Notes: generated by a model not told the origin, from the sequence alone. Shown: positions 1-9,318, counted from the first letter of the stretch. The stretch is 64,000 bases of DNA from Patescibacteria group bacterium AH-259-L05 (GCA_027717985.1 JALLOO010000002.1:7257-71256), one strand, 5' to 3'. Numbers and translations are program-made.

Positions 1-1317
1 GTTAATTACTACTGAAATATTTCGTTCAGATGATCCCTGTGCAATCGCTGCAACATTTACGCCTTTATTTCCTAATGCTTGAAATAATTTTCCAGAAACA
101 CCAGGCGTTTTCTTCATATTTTCTCCCACAACCGCAATGATTAATACATCGTCCTCTATAACAACTTTATCTACAAGGTAATGGTTGATTTCGTGTGCAA
201 ATTCTTTTTCAACTGCTTTTTTTGCTTCGTTAGCAAATTGAGATTCAATAGCACAACATATAGAATGTTCAGACGATGCTTGACTGATTAAAATAACACT
301 AATATTGTTTTGGGCTAAAGCGCCGAATAATCTTTGCGCAATGCCGGCGACACCAATCATTCCTGCTCCATCAATACGTAAAAGCGCAATACGCTCAATT
401 GATGAAATCCCTGTAATTCTCGTACGGCTCGGTGCCTGACTAATTATAGTGCCGTTAAATTGAGAGTTAAAGCTGTTTTTAATTCGAATCGGAATAATCT
501 TTTCTCGCGCAGGCCGAATTGTTGGCGGATACAACACGTTAGCTCCAAAATAAGACATCTCCATTGCCTCTTCATAACTCATATTCTCAATCGAGCGCGT
601 ATTAATAACTTTTTTGGGATCCGCACTCATCACACCGTCAACATCAGTCCAAATCTCTATCTCGTCTGCGCCTAATGCAGCTGCGAATAATGCTGCAGTA
701 TAATCTGATCCGCCCCGCCCCAATGTAGTTGTATTTCCTTTGTCAGAAAAAGCAATAAATCCCGTAATAACTGGTATATTAGTAAAACGCTTAAAATAAT
801 GTTTAATATTATGTTGCGTTGTCTTATAATCCACCTCTGCCCGGCCAAAATGCTCATTAGTTATAATAATCTCTCGTGCATCTAAAAATTTAGCATCAAT
901 CCCTCGTGCTTTAAACGCCTCGCTCATAATAATGGCGGAAAATCGTTCACCAAAACTCATGATTAAATCAAGGTCTTTTAAAGATACACTCTGCGCCTCA
1001 AACACGTTATTCAATATTTTATCAAGATCGTTTATCATTGCCTGAACTATTGCTATTGCATAATTTTGTCTCTGACTCTTGATAAGATTGCGTATCAATG
1101 CTATGTGCCTTAACTCTAACCGTTTGAGAATTTCACTATAATTTTGACCCTTGCTCGCTATCGTAGCTAATTTTATTAACTCATCAGTCACGCCGCCAAC
1201 TGCAGATACCACAACTGCTATATGACCCTGGTCTCTTGATTTAACTATAAGATCAATCACATTGTTAATGCGCTCCGACGTTTTTAATGATGATCCCCCA
1301 AACTTGAGTATTCTCAT
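1..1317 (-). CDS. thrA: Aspartokinase with two ACT domains, ThrA-type (runs off the window start; homoserine dehydrogenase part not visible)
   Basis: Manual translation from ATG 1317: MRILKFGGSS...VVVSAVGGVTD...SFGERFS...TTLGRGGSDYTAA...EIWTDVDGVMSADP...ISQASSEHSIC...IAQGSSERNISVVIN. Not in the ORF track because it is open-ended. Confidence 0.9.
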   Translation of the reverse strand, partial: MRILKFGGSSLKTSERINNVIDLIVKSRDQGHIAVVVSAVGGVTDELIKLATIASKGQNYSEILKRLELRHIALIRNLIKSQRQNYAIAIVQAMINDLDKILNNVFEAQSVSLKDLDLIMSFGERFSAIIMSEAFKARGIDAKFLDAREIIITNEHFGRAEVDYKTTQHNIKHYFKRFTNIPVITGFIAFSDKGNTTTLGRGGSDYTAALFAAALGADEIEIWTDVDGVMSADPKKVINTRSIENMSYEEAMEMSYFGANVLYPPTIRPAREKIIPIRIKNSFNSQFNGTIISQAPSRTRITGISSIERIALLRIDGAGMIGVAGIAQRLFGALAQNNISVILISQASSEHSICCAIESQFANEAKKAVEKEFAHEINHYLVDKVVIEDDVLIIAVVGENMKKTPGVSGKLFQALGNKGVNVAAIAQGSSERNISVVIN

Positions 1318-1416
1318 AGAGTTAGGAGGAGGGCTTCGCCGCTCCTCTATACTATATAAATGGTTCGTTCGGTCGAAATACAAGTAAACTTTCATTTCTC
1401 CCTCGCTGCCATTTAT

Positions 1417-1450
1417 AAACAAAACCGACTTCATTTGTGGCTGAAGTCGG
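1417..1450 (-). terminator. Attenuator terminator hairpin of the thr leader
   Basis: Minus strand CCGACTTCA-gccacaaa-TGAAGTCGG followed by TTTTGTTT. Confidence 0.85.
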
Positions 1451-1482
1451 CTGTAAATAGTTATCTTATACTACAACAAACT

Positions 1483-1536
1483 TCAGCCACCTGAAGTGGT
1501 TGTCGTTGTCGTGGTAGTCGAATTTATCTGAGTCAT
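1483..1536 (-). CDS. thrL: thr operon leader peptide MTQINSTTTTTTTTSGG
   Basis: 17-codon ORF with 8 consecutive Thr codons, upstream of the terminator and the aspartokinase. Confidence 0.9.
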   Translation of the reverse strand: MTQINSTTTTTTTTSGG

Positions 1537-1543
1537 ATACATT

Positions 1544-1590
1544 ATCCTAAACAATATAAAATAGATGTCAAACACCTCAACTGTGGATAA
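1544..1590 (-). promoter_or_regulatory. sigma70-type promoter of the thr leader with upstream DnaA box
   Basis: TTATCCACA-10nt-TTGACA-16nt-TAGGAT-7nt-ATG. Confidence 0.6.
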
Positions 1591-1613
1591 ATAAAATTAA
1601 CATCGGGTGCCAA

Positions 1614-2351
1614 TTACAATCCTAAAACTATAATAGTCACATTATCACTTCCGCCGCGATTTTGTAAAACTTCTGTTTTTAATGCTTGTGCTACGTCATT
1701 TGGACTATCAAATTTTTGTGAAACTTCTAACACTTCTTTGTTGCTCATTACATCAAATAACCCATCAGTTGCCACAATTAAAAACAAATCATTATCAGAA
1801 ATAGTATATTCATTAACGTCTGGCGTTGCAATAATCCCAATTGGCTTAAAATGTTCATCTCCTAAAGTTCGCGTAGGCATTAACCCTTGTATTCCTCGCA
1901 TTGCATATGGATACTCAACCACACCACCCATAGTCTCGATTCTTTTTCTTTCTTTAGTATCATCCAGGCGATGATCAATAGTTAATTGCTTATAGCTATT
2001 CTTATTAATGATAATAATACGCACATCCCCCACATTTGCCGTATAAATCTTTTTGTTTTTTATAAAAAAATTTGCCGCACATGTTCCAGAATCCTGATCT
2101 TTCAATTCATCAGAAACGTACTCATATGCTTTAACAAATGCATCTTTAATCTCTGCGCCGCCTAACAAAATCTTTAAAAACTTTTTATGAAGATTATTCG
2201 CTACATATTCAGCTGCTTCTTTGTCATTATGCCCATCATACACGCCTCCGAATATCCATTCTTTACCACTAAAATTTGTATCAAGAAAATAAGCGTCCTC
2301 CATATGCGGACGCCTACCTTGTTCTAAAACAATTGCTGATTTAATGTTCAT
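1614..2351 (-). CDS. PP2C-family Ser/Thr phosphatase
   Basis: Motifs GRRPHMEDA, VYDGH, DSGT, ANVGD, ATDGLFD, GGSDNVT. Confidence 0.92.
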   Translation of the reverse strand: MNIKSAIVLEQGRRPHMEDAYFLDTNFSGKEWIFGGVYDGHNDKEAAEYVANNLHKKFLKILLGGAEIKDAFVKAYEYVSDELKDQDSGTCAANFFIKNKKIYTANVGDVRIIIINKNSYKQLTIDHRLDDTKERKRIETMGGVVEYPYAMRGIQGLMPTRTLGDEHFKPIGIIATPDVNEYTISDNDLFLIVATDGLFDVMSNKEVLEVSQKFDSPNDVAQALKTEVLQNRGGSDNVTIIVLGL

Positions 2352-3201
2352 TAAAACTTATTTCAAAATCTGATGTCTTAAAATAATCCCAGGGGCCGCG
2401 GATGACAAAATCCCATTCTTTTGGTACATATCCATGAAAATCAGAGCCAACAGTAATCATTACATCAAGCTCTTTTGCCACAATCTGCCAGTGCTCGATT
2501 TCCTGCCATGAATGATGAGAAGTCACCGCTTCAATTCCATCAAGGCCCATTTGTTTTAATTCGGCAATAATATCCTCATCTTCCCATGACAAATGCTGTC
2601 CTGGATGAGCTAAAACAGCCTTGCCCCCTGCATTTTTAATCAATTGAATTGCCTTCTTAACAGCAATCTCTGATTCAAAATAAATCTGCTTAGGTTTAAA
2701 AAGGTATTTGCCAATAATTTCAGTGATAGGAATTATTTTTCTGTTTTTAAAATCTTTTTGTATCCGCTCCCAATTTTGGGAATCTTTTTTTAAAACACCC
2801 GCGATAGTAGCCGATCCAATGTAGGTGGCTTTTGTATCAAATACTTTTTTCTCATCTATGTTCCACCCATGTTCCTGCAATGCTTTAATAGTTTGTTGTA
2901 CTTGCGGAATATGCGTTTTCTGCAATTTTTTTAAGGCCTTGTTTAAAGCTTTATTTTTTGTATCAAAATCATATCCTAAAATATGCAACTGCCTATCTTT
3001 GTAATGTGTATATATTTCAACTCCAGGAATAGCTTTTAATCCTCGTTCTTTTGAGATACTAAAAAACTCGTCTAGTCCATCAATACCATTATGGTCTGTT
3101 AAACAAACAGTTGAAAGTCCAAGCTCTTGAGCACATTGTACCAATTCTTTTGGCGAATAAACACCGTCAGAATAATATGAATGTATATGTAAATCAATCA
3201 C
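2341..3201 (-). CDS. PHP-domain phosphoesterase (TrpH/YciV-like)
   Basis: Motifs DLHIHSYYSDG, LTDHN, PGVEI, LAHP, GSDFHG. Confidence 0.92.
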   Translation of the reverse strand: MIDLHIHSYYSDGVYSPKELVQCAQELGLSTVCLTDHNGIDGLDEFFSISKERGLKAIPGVEIYTHYKDRQLHILGYDFDTKNKALNKALKKLQKTHIPQVQQTIKALQEHGWNIDEKKVFDTKATYIGSATIAGVLKKDSQNWERIQKDFKNRKIIPITEIIGKYLFKPKQIYFESEIAVKKAIQLIKNAGGKAVLAHPGQHLSWEDEDIIAELKQMGLDGIEAVTSHHSWQEIEHWQIVAKELDVMITVGSDFHGYVPKEWDFVIRGPWDYFKTSDFEISFNEH

Positions 3202-4220
3202 AATAATTTTATTTTTTCCTCTGCTTTTATTAAAAGCCTTTTTATGCCTTTTGCTTTAGATCCTGGATTTGGCTCTAGAAATGCAACGATCGCGGCCATC
3301 TCTAATATTTTTTGAATCTCAAAATAGCTCAAACGTATCTGTTCTGATTTAGTTATGTGCTTTCCAAAATAATTTTGTATAAACCTCTTTCTTATTATAT
3401 CAGCATTTGAAATAAAATCAGGTGCATAATAATGAAACATTGAATCAGTTTGTGCTAAAAATCCGCCAACATCTTCTAAGGGATCCCCTAAAAACGCATG
3501 CCCAAAGTCAATAACTTTAAAACCTGAAGCTGAACTTTTTAATATATTGCCCCAATGAAAATCGCCATGAACCAATCGAAACTGCGATCTATCCAAGAAC
3601 AAATCTTCGTACTGCTTTTTATATACCCAAAGCTTTTTAAGAGTATCACTATATAAGGGATAAAATTGCGGTGCACATTTTCGTACTAAAAAAAACCAAT
3701 GCCGCCGCTCTTTTTTCCCTTGCCCTTCATCTTTTATGGGCAAAAACCGTGGTTGCGCAGATATGTTATGAACTTGTTTTAAAAACTGTGCAATCAAAGG
3801 AGTAAATTGTATAGGAATACGAGGCTTTTGAGACATTAATTCTTCAAATGAAATACCTGGTGCTTCTTTATAAAAGAACATATTTAAAGGCCGATAATAA
3901 TCCAGTGCCATTGCAGTATATGTTTCTAAATTATGTTTTTTAAACCACTGAAGCACAGAATATGCTCGATATGGCGTATCCTGACGCTTATGAATTTTTG
4001 CGCGTACTACTTTAGTCCCCCTATTCGTAATAAGCTCATATTTTAAACTCATATTCCTGAACTTGCCACGAAAATTTCTCACTAAATCAATATGTATATC
4101 AACTAAATTCTCATTCAAGCTTAAAAACTTTTGTTTTCTTTTTGCAAACATCGAAAATATATACGTCTTATCAAGCGCTTTTCTGGCATTAACTTTTCTA
4201 TTAATACTAATAAAAATCAT
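3198..4220 (-). CDS. APH/choline kinase-family phosphotransferase
   Basis: Brenner motif LVHGDFHWGNIL and VIDFG. Confidence 0.85.
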   Translation of the reverse strand: MIFISINRKVNARKALDKTYIFSMFAKRKQKFLSLNENLVDIHIDLVRNFRGKFRNMSLKYELITNRGTKVVRAKIHKRQDTPYRAYSVLQWFKKHNLETYTAMALDYYRPLNMFFYKEAPGISFEELMSQKPRIPIQFTPLIAQFLKQVHNISAQPRFLPIKDEGQGKKERRHWFFLVRKCAPQFYPLYSDTLKKLWVYKKQYEDLFLDRSQFRLVHGDFHWGNILKSSASGFKVIDFGHAFLGDPLEDVGGFLAQTDSMFHYYAPDFISNADIIRKRFIQNYFGKHITKSEQIRLSYFEIQKILEMAAIVAFLEPNPGSKAKGIKRLLIKAEEKIKLL

Positions 4221-6208
4221 TTCTTTTCCTTAGGCGTAAAGCCTGAGATTTTAAATTTAAACCCCTGCCCGACCGGCGGGCGGGCTTGTCCTGTCCTAGA
4301 AATCCGATAGGGAATGACAACAGTTAAATTTTTAAAAAATACAGGCGACCAGCGATTTGCTTCTGCCAAAACTGCAATTTTTAACCACGTACCCTTGTTT
4401 TCATCATCTTGTTTTACCAGTTTTATAAATTTATGTAATAAGCTTGATGGCGTAATAGTAATTTTTAATTTTTTGCTGCGAAGTTCATATTTACATTGCC
4501 CAGGGCGATGATACGTTCCTGATTTAGGAAATCGTGCCACACTCATTGCATCCCAGCCGCTCTCACCAGGCAAATGTTCAATAAATTCAGATGGCACTTC
4601 ACATAAATAAAAACTATTATATTCATCCCGGAAAAATCCCAAAGGATGACCCATCTGCTTTTTATAATATACTGCTTTAACTTCACGAAAGAGTTGTTGT
4701 GGCTGTTTTTTTACAAATTCTTTTGGCTTGAATGCTTTAAAATGTTTTTTAGCAAATATTGAAAACTCGCCTATATCATGCTCCCAATAATCTTTTAATG
4801 ACGGTAGTTTTCGTGAACGCGCTAAATCATCAACAATATGAAGCACATCATAGATATCCATCTCATTTTTTAACTTATAAATCGCATCGCGCCACTTAAT
4901 TGCCTTTTCAAATTCTTGCGCCTTTACGGCTTTATTCATTTCATCTTCAAATTCTAAAATCATTGCATTAAATTGGCCAGAAAACACGCGCTTTTTATAT
5001 GGCCGTCGGTGAACGGTCCCATATGCTTCTCGGTATGCATGTCGAATCTTGCCAGATCGTTGCCACTCAAACGCAAGATCAATAATCTGGCGATAATACT
5101 CGTGTGCTTTATCTTTTTTATTTTTTGATATATCAGGAATGGAAAATACAATATCTTTTAGTAAAAACGCGCCTGCCTCAATCATTTCCAATGACCACCA
5201 GGGCTTTGCGCTTGCCCACCAAAATTGATCTGACTGTAATGCCTTATCAAGTTTTTCTCTTGCTTCCTTGTAATACGGTGCTTTTGTATCTAATTTATGA
5301 ACTAAATCAATTACAAAATGTGTAAACTCCCATTGCAAATGGTGAATTGGATTTTCTGGATGACTCCATAACGTAAATGAGTGTTGTTTTTCTTTTTCTA
5401 AATAAAAATCCTGCTCTTCAGACGACCAGGTAGAGTCTCGCAGTTCAATTTCCTTATCAATGCCAAACTCTTTAACTAATTCAGAAACAAAAACTTTTTT
5501 AATTTTTTTATCATTATAAATTTGAAACAATAAATTTTCCAAACCGGGTCGATGATGTCCAAATGTTTCTGTATCCATCATGGTTAGAAGATACCGATCT
5601 TTTTCTAATTCATCTTTTCCAATTTCTTCAATAAATGACCGTGCACTTCGTGCAATGGCAGACAAAATTAACACACTAATGCGCTTATCCCGAAAAATAA
5701 TTTTAAAATTATCTAAACCCTTAATAGTATAAATACTTTTAAAATCTGGTTTCTTGGGAGATGCAAGCTCTTCCGCTATAATCCATTGAAATCCTGCCTC
5801 TTTCGCGGCTTCGGCAACCTTAAAACTTAATCCTAATTCTGGTGAAAAAAATCCTTGGGGCTTCCAACTCGCACCAAAATATTTTTTATTTGTTTTTTCA
5901 TTTAATTCAATCTGTCGCTTAATCTCATTCCTCGGTAATAATGGCAAAAACGGGTGATATTTCACCCCACCCGTAAACTCAATTTGTCCACGTTGTGCAA
6001 AACTTTTAATATCCTCAATCACATCCATATATCCATTGTTTGCTAATAATTCTACTAATCCCGCATTAATATTAATGGTAATTTTCATGTTTGGATTCAA
6101 AGACAAGCCGCCGATCACTTTGCGGTAGCTTTCATTAACAATCCGCTCTAAAATATCCAGTTGCTGATTGTATGGCTGATAAAAATGTAGAAAAAATCCC
6201 CACGTCAT
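4217..6208 (-). CDS. GH57 glycoside hydrolase with UVR-like coiled coil and C-terminal extension
   Basis: HFYQP, YHPFLPLL, FFSPE (nucleophile), DTETFGHH (acid/base), SDQFWW; EMNKAVKAQEFEKAIKWRD resembles the UVR motif. Confidence 0.85.
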   Translation of the reverse strand: MTWGFFLHFYQPYNQQLDILERIVNESYRKVIGGLSLNPNMKITININAGLVELLANNGYMDVIEDIKSFAQRGQIEFTGGVKYHPFLPLLPRNEIKRQIELNEKTNKKYFGASWKPQGFFSPELGLSFKVAEAAKEAGFQWIIAEELASPKKPDFKSIYTIKGLDNFKIIFRDKRISVLILSAIARSARSFIEEIGKDELEKDRYLLTMMDTETFGHHRPGLENLLFQIYNDKKIKKVFVSELVKEFGIDKEIELRDSTWSSEEQDFYLEKEKQHSFTLWSHPENPIHHLQWEFTHFVIDLVHKLDTKAPYYKEAREKLDKALQSDQFWWASAKPWWSLEMIEAGAFLLKDIVFSIPDISKNKKDKAHEYYRQIIDLAFEWQRSGKIRHAYREAYGTVHRRPYKKRVFSGQFNAMILEFEDEMNKAVKAQEFEKAIKWRDAIYKLKNEMDIYDVLHIVDDLARSRKLPSLKDYWEHDIGEFSIFAKKHFKAFKPKEFVKKQPQQLFREVKAVYYKKQMGHPLGFFRDEYNSFYLCEVPSEFIEHLPGESGWDAMSVARFPKSGTYHRPGQCKYELRSKKLKITITPSSLLHKFIKLVKQDDENKGTWLKIAVLAEANRWSPVFFKNLTVVIPYRISRTGQARPPVGQGFKFKISGFTPKEKK

Positions 6209-6235
6209 ACTAATAGTATACCATTTTATCCAAAC

Positions 6236-6265
6236 AAAAAAAGCCAGCTGAATGCTGGCCTTTTT
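6236..6265. terminator. Intrinsic terminator downstream of the 6290-6814 gene
   Basis: GCCAGC-tgaat-GCTGGC flanked by A and T tracts; related copies at about 7094 and 7883. Confidence 0.65.
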
Positions 6266-6289
6266 GAAAAGAACAAATCCATTATGGGA

Positions 6290-6814
6290 TTACAATTTTT
6301 TGACTCTATACGGCTCTCTAAACTCTACATGTCTTATGTTATCGAAAGGAATAAATTTTATTTCAGGATCATCAGATTTATATTGATATCTAATCTCAAC
6401 ACAATCTCTCTTAACCTTTAATACTATTGTCGGAAAATAAAACGACCCACTCTTTATACGCAAACCAATCACCTGTCCAGACTTCTTTGCTTTTATAAAG
6501 CGGCTTTTAAGACTTTCTCTCGTTGCGGCTACATCTCTTTGTTTTGAGAGGCCAAAAGCTGACACATCCCCTATAGTCCCTATCTCGTCTAAAGGAAAGG
6601 TTATTCTAGAAGCAGTCCTTTTCTGGTTATCTCTACTAACATATTCAATTTCACTAATATATTCAAACTCAACATAATCTTTTCCGATTTTTACAATTTC
6701 TACCGCTTTATAGAATGAACTCGAATGCTTATTGCCTTTTGTTCGAATATTTGGTTTAAGTCCGGCCTGCCAAAATTTCTCAAGACATTTTCGAACTATT
6801 TTTCTTTCAAACAT
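6290..6814 (-). CDS. Hypothetical protein with two internally repeated Sm/Hfq-like beta domains; paralog of 7140-7703
   Basis: Strong SD GAGGAGG; repeated pattern IRT..S.F...I..VG.D.V.......I(F)P...I..VE; clear similarity to 7140-7703. Confidence 0.75.
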   Translation of the reverse strand: MFERKIVRKCLEKFWQAGLKPNIRTKGNKHSSSFYKAVEIVKIGKDYVEFEYISEIEYVSRDNQKRTASRITFPLDEIGTIGDVSAFGLSKQRDVAATRESLKSRFIKAKKSGQVIGLRIKSGSFYFPTIVLKVKRDCVEIRYQYKSDDPEIKFIPFDNIRHVEFREPYRVKKL

Positions 6815-6985
6815 AGATTACCTCCTCTTCGTTCGGGCTTTCAAACCCATGTTTGAAAAGAACTAATTTTACGGGGCCAAAACACCTTGTCCAGTCCTTC
6901 CCCGCGTTCAGACTAGACGCCCTCTTTCTCAGGGAGTAAAACTACCCTGCATTCTCTTTATACCATAATCACCAAACCCTGTCAA
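6815..6985 (-). promoter_or_regulatory. Promoter plus structured ~135 nt 5' leader (copy 1)
   Basis: TTGACA-17-TATAAA, three hairpins, possible pseudoknot; near-identical to 7704-7872. Confidence 0.75.
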
Positions 6986-6995
6986 CCTCTTTTTT

Positions 6996-7074
6996 TGTCA
7001 TTCCGCAGGACCCCTTTGTCATTCCTCACGAGCAGAGCAAGAGAAGGTGATGCGGAATGAAAGGGAGAATGACA
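6996..7074. repeat. Family A palindromic element (TGTCATTCCG...CGGAATGACA type)
   Basis: Two TGTCATTCC starts, and GCGGAATGA / GAATGACA ends. Confidence 0.7.
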
Positions 7075-7139
7075 TCAACATGTCTCTCCAAAGAAAAAGC
7101 CAGCACAATATGCTGACCTTTTTGAAAAGAACAAATCCA

Positions 7140-7703
7140 TTACGAGCTTTCTTTGACTTTTCGTGGCTTTTCAAACTCTACGTGCCTTATTTGGCTAAAA
7201 AGAATAATCATTAATTTGAAGTCCCCACCTTTTTTTGGTCTATGCTTAATCACTATATGATCTTTTCCCACGCTCCATATAGTTATATTAGAAAAAAATG
7301 ATCTTGCTCTCGTACGCAAAGCAATTTCTTTTGCTGAATGCTGTACTTCCTTAAAACGCTTCTTAAGGCTTTTTCTTTTATGCGTATGCGCCTCTTTAAT
7401 AAAACTGTCAACCTTTTTCTGTTTTGAAGACTTATAAACTGCTTCTCTACCAAATCCATTAAAAAACTCTACCTGTGCTATTTCCCGTAAGGGAAAAGTT
7501 GTAGTTTGATAAAAAATTCCTTTCTGTGAATTTGACCTATGTTCAAACTCAACATAATCTTTCCCCACGTCTAAAATCCATACATACTTAAAAAACGATG
7601 AACTCCATGAATCTCCCGTTGTCCTAATATGTGGATGCTGTTGGTTTAGCCGAAATCTCTCGAGTATTTTTCTAAGGGTATTCAGCTTCATTTTCTCAAA
7701 CAT
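7140..7703 (-). CDS. Hypothetical protein with two Sm/Hfq-like repeats; paralog of 6290-6814
   Basis: Shares SSSF, GKDYVEFE, TFPL.EI, SLK.RF, IRHVEF..P.KVK with 6290-6814; SD AAGGAG. Confidence 0.75.
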   Translation of the reverse strand: MFEKMKLNTLRKILERFRLNQQHPHIRTTGDSWSSSFFKYVWILDVGKDYVEFEHRSNSQKGIFYQTTTFPLREIAQVEFFNGFGREAVYKSSKQKKVDSFIKEAHTHKRKSLKKRFKEVQHSAKEIALRTRARSFFSNITIWSVGKDHIVIKHRPKKGGDFKLMIILFSQIRHVEFEKPRKVKESS

Positions 7704-7872
7704 AGTTTCTCTCCTTCATTCGGTCTTTCAAACCTATGTTTGAAAAGAACTGATTTTACGGGGCCTAAACACCTTGTCTAGCCCTTCCCCGCGTTCGGAC
7801 TAGACGCCCTCTTTCTCAGGGAGTAAAACCACCCTGCATTCTCTTTATATCATAATCACCAAACCCTGTCAA
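7704..7872 (-). promoter_or_regulatory. Promoter plus structured 5' leader (copy 2)
   Basis: About 10 substitutions and no indels versus copy 1 over ~158 nt (counted by eye). Confidence 0.75.
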
Positions 7873-7980
7873 CTCAAAAAACAAAAAGCCAGCACAACGC
7901 TAGCCTAAATATATAAATATCTTTCAATTAAGTGAAATATTTTGGTGCATAATCTTTCAGTACACTGAAAGCTTTTATTA

Positions 7981-9318
7981 TTATGAAATTTGTAAAAATC
8001 GCGGTGTTAAATAAAAGGGAAGAGACACAAGAGTAACATTTTTATTATTAACTTTAACTCGCTTTCTTTTCAGCTCCCCGCCATATATTCTCATAAGGTG
8101 ATGATTTTTTACTGCTTTAGAAAATTCATATAGAGATCGCAGTCTTCCCGCTTTTCCTGATTTTACTTCTATTCCCATAATTTTCCCTTTATTATTTAAA
8201 CAAAAATCAATTTCCGCACTCCCTAAGCGTCTTTCTCGAGCCCAATAAAAAAGTTGTGCAGGGGCTTCTACAAACTGAGCTATAATATTTTGTCCAACAA
8301 CTTGTTCTGCTATTTTCCCACGATAGAACTCATTAAGATTAGTAAGATTTGTATAGTTTTCTTGAATGCCCATTTGATGATTTACTAGGCCTACATCTAA
8401 AAATAAAAGTTTTTTAGGCCGTTTTCTCTGAGGAACTAAAGGGAGGTCTGCTGATTTCGTTGCCTGAACTTGATATAAAAGCATCACCTTCTCTAACGTT
8501 GTAAACGCCGCGTTCATTTCACGACTTCTATAATTAGAATCACCAAATTTTTCATAGGTAATCGTGGTGCCTGCAAAAAGCGGCGCTGTTCCAATGATGT
8601 AGGTCAAGTATTTAACATTTGCTGAAGAGCTATATTTATATACATCTTCACTATAAGAAGTAAAAAGCGAAGAATAAACGCTTTTAAGCTTACTTATATT
8701 ATCTTTTTCTAAAAATAGTTTCACTATCTCCGGCATTCCTCCGACCATAGTATATTCATAAAATAACTTGAGCGCTTGTTGATGAATACCTTGAGGAATC
8801 TCTTTATTTAAGGATATGGTTTTTAAAAATTCTAAAAGCTGTATTTCTCCCTTGGCTTCTAAATACTCAAAAAAGTCTAAAGGGTAAAGATAAGCATATT
8901 CTATCCTCCCAACCGGCAGAGAAAATCCCTCTTTTTCAATTTTAGCTTGGAGTAAAGAGCCTGCCGCAATAACATGAATATTAGGCCTTTCTTCATAGAA
9001 AAATCGCAATAGTTTAATTAATATGGGAGAATTCTGGATTTCGTCAATAAAAATCAACGTCTTTCCCGGAATGATTTTTTGACGGAACTTTATCTGAATA
9101 ATTTTTTCAAAATCATCTAAAGAAAGCTCACTTTTAAAAAGGGCGAGATGTTCTGCTTTTTCTAAATTTATATAAATAAGATTTTTAAAATATTTTTTGC
9201 CAAACATTAAAATAGCAAAGGTTTTTCCAACCTGTCGAGCACCTCGTAAAATTAATGGTTTTCTTTCTTTTTTATTTTTCCAGTCCACTAAATAATTAAT
9301 GATTTTTCTGTTAAACAT
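7981..9318 (-). CDS. AAA+ ATPase (AAA_14 + DUF4143, C-terminal PD-(D/E)xK)
   Basis: GARQVGKT, FIDEIQ, VGGMPE, EIDF...IEVKSG; start moved to MFNRKII. Confidence 0.9.
   Translation of the reverse strand: MFNRKIINYLVDWKNKKERKPLILRGARQVGKTFAILMFGKKYFKNLIYINLEKAEHLALFKSELSLDDFEKIIQIKFRQKIIPGKTLIFIDEIQNSPILIKLLRFFYEERPNIHVIAAGSLLQAKIEKEGFSLPVGRIEYAYLYPLDFFEYLEAKGEIQLLEFLKTISLNKEIPQGIHQQALKLFYEYTMVGGMPEIVKLFLEKDNISKLKSVYSSLFTSYSEDVYKYSSSANVKYLTYIIGTAPLFAGTTITYEKFGDSNYRSREMNAAFTTLEKVMLLYQVQATKSADLPLVPQRKRPKKLLFLDVGLVNHQMGIQENYTNLTNLNEFYRGKIAEQVVGQNIIAQFVEAPAQLFYWARERRLGSAEIDFCLNNKGKIMGIEVKSGKAGRLRSLYEFSKAVKNHHLMRIYGGELKRKRVKVNNKNVTLVSLPFYLTPRFLQIS

Noticed and set aside
460-857. ORF-track ORFs 460-675 and 672-857
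   Set aside because: Shadow frames within the aspartokinase gene
6815-6956. Self-cleaving ribozyme or known riboswitch in the duplicated leader
   Set aside because: No hammerhead, HDV, cobalamin, SAM-I or c-di-GMP core recognisable by eye; kept as an unknown motif
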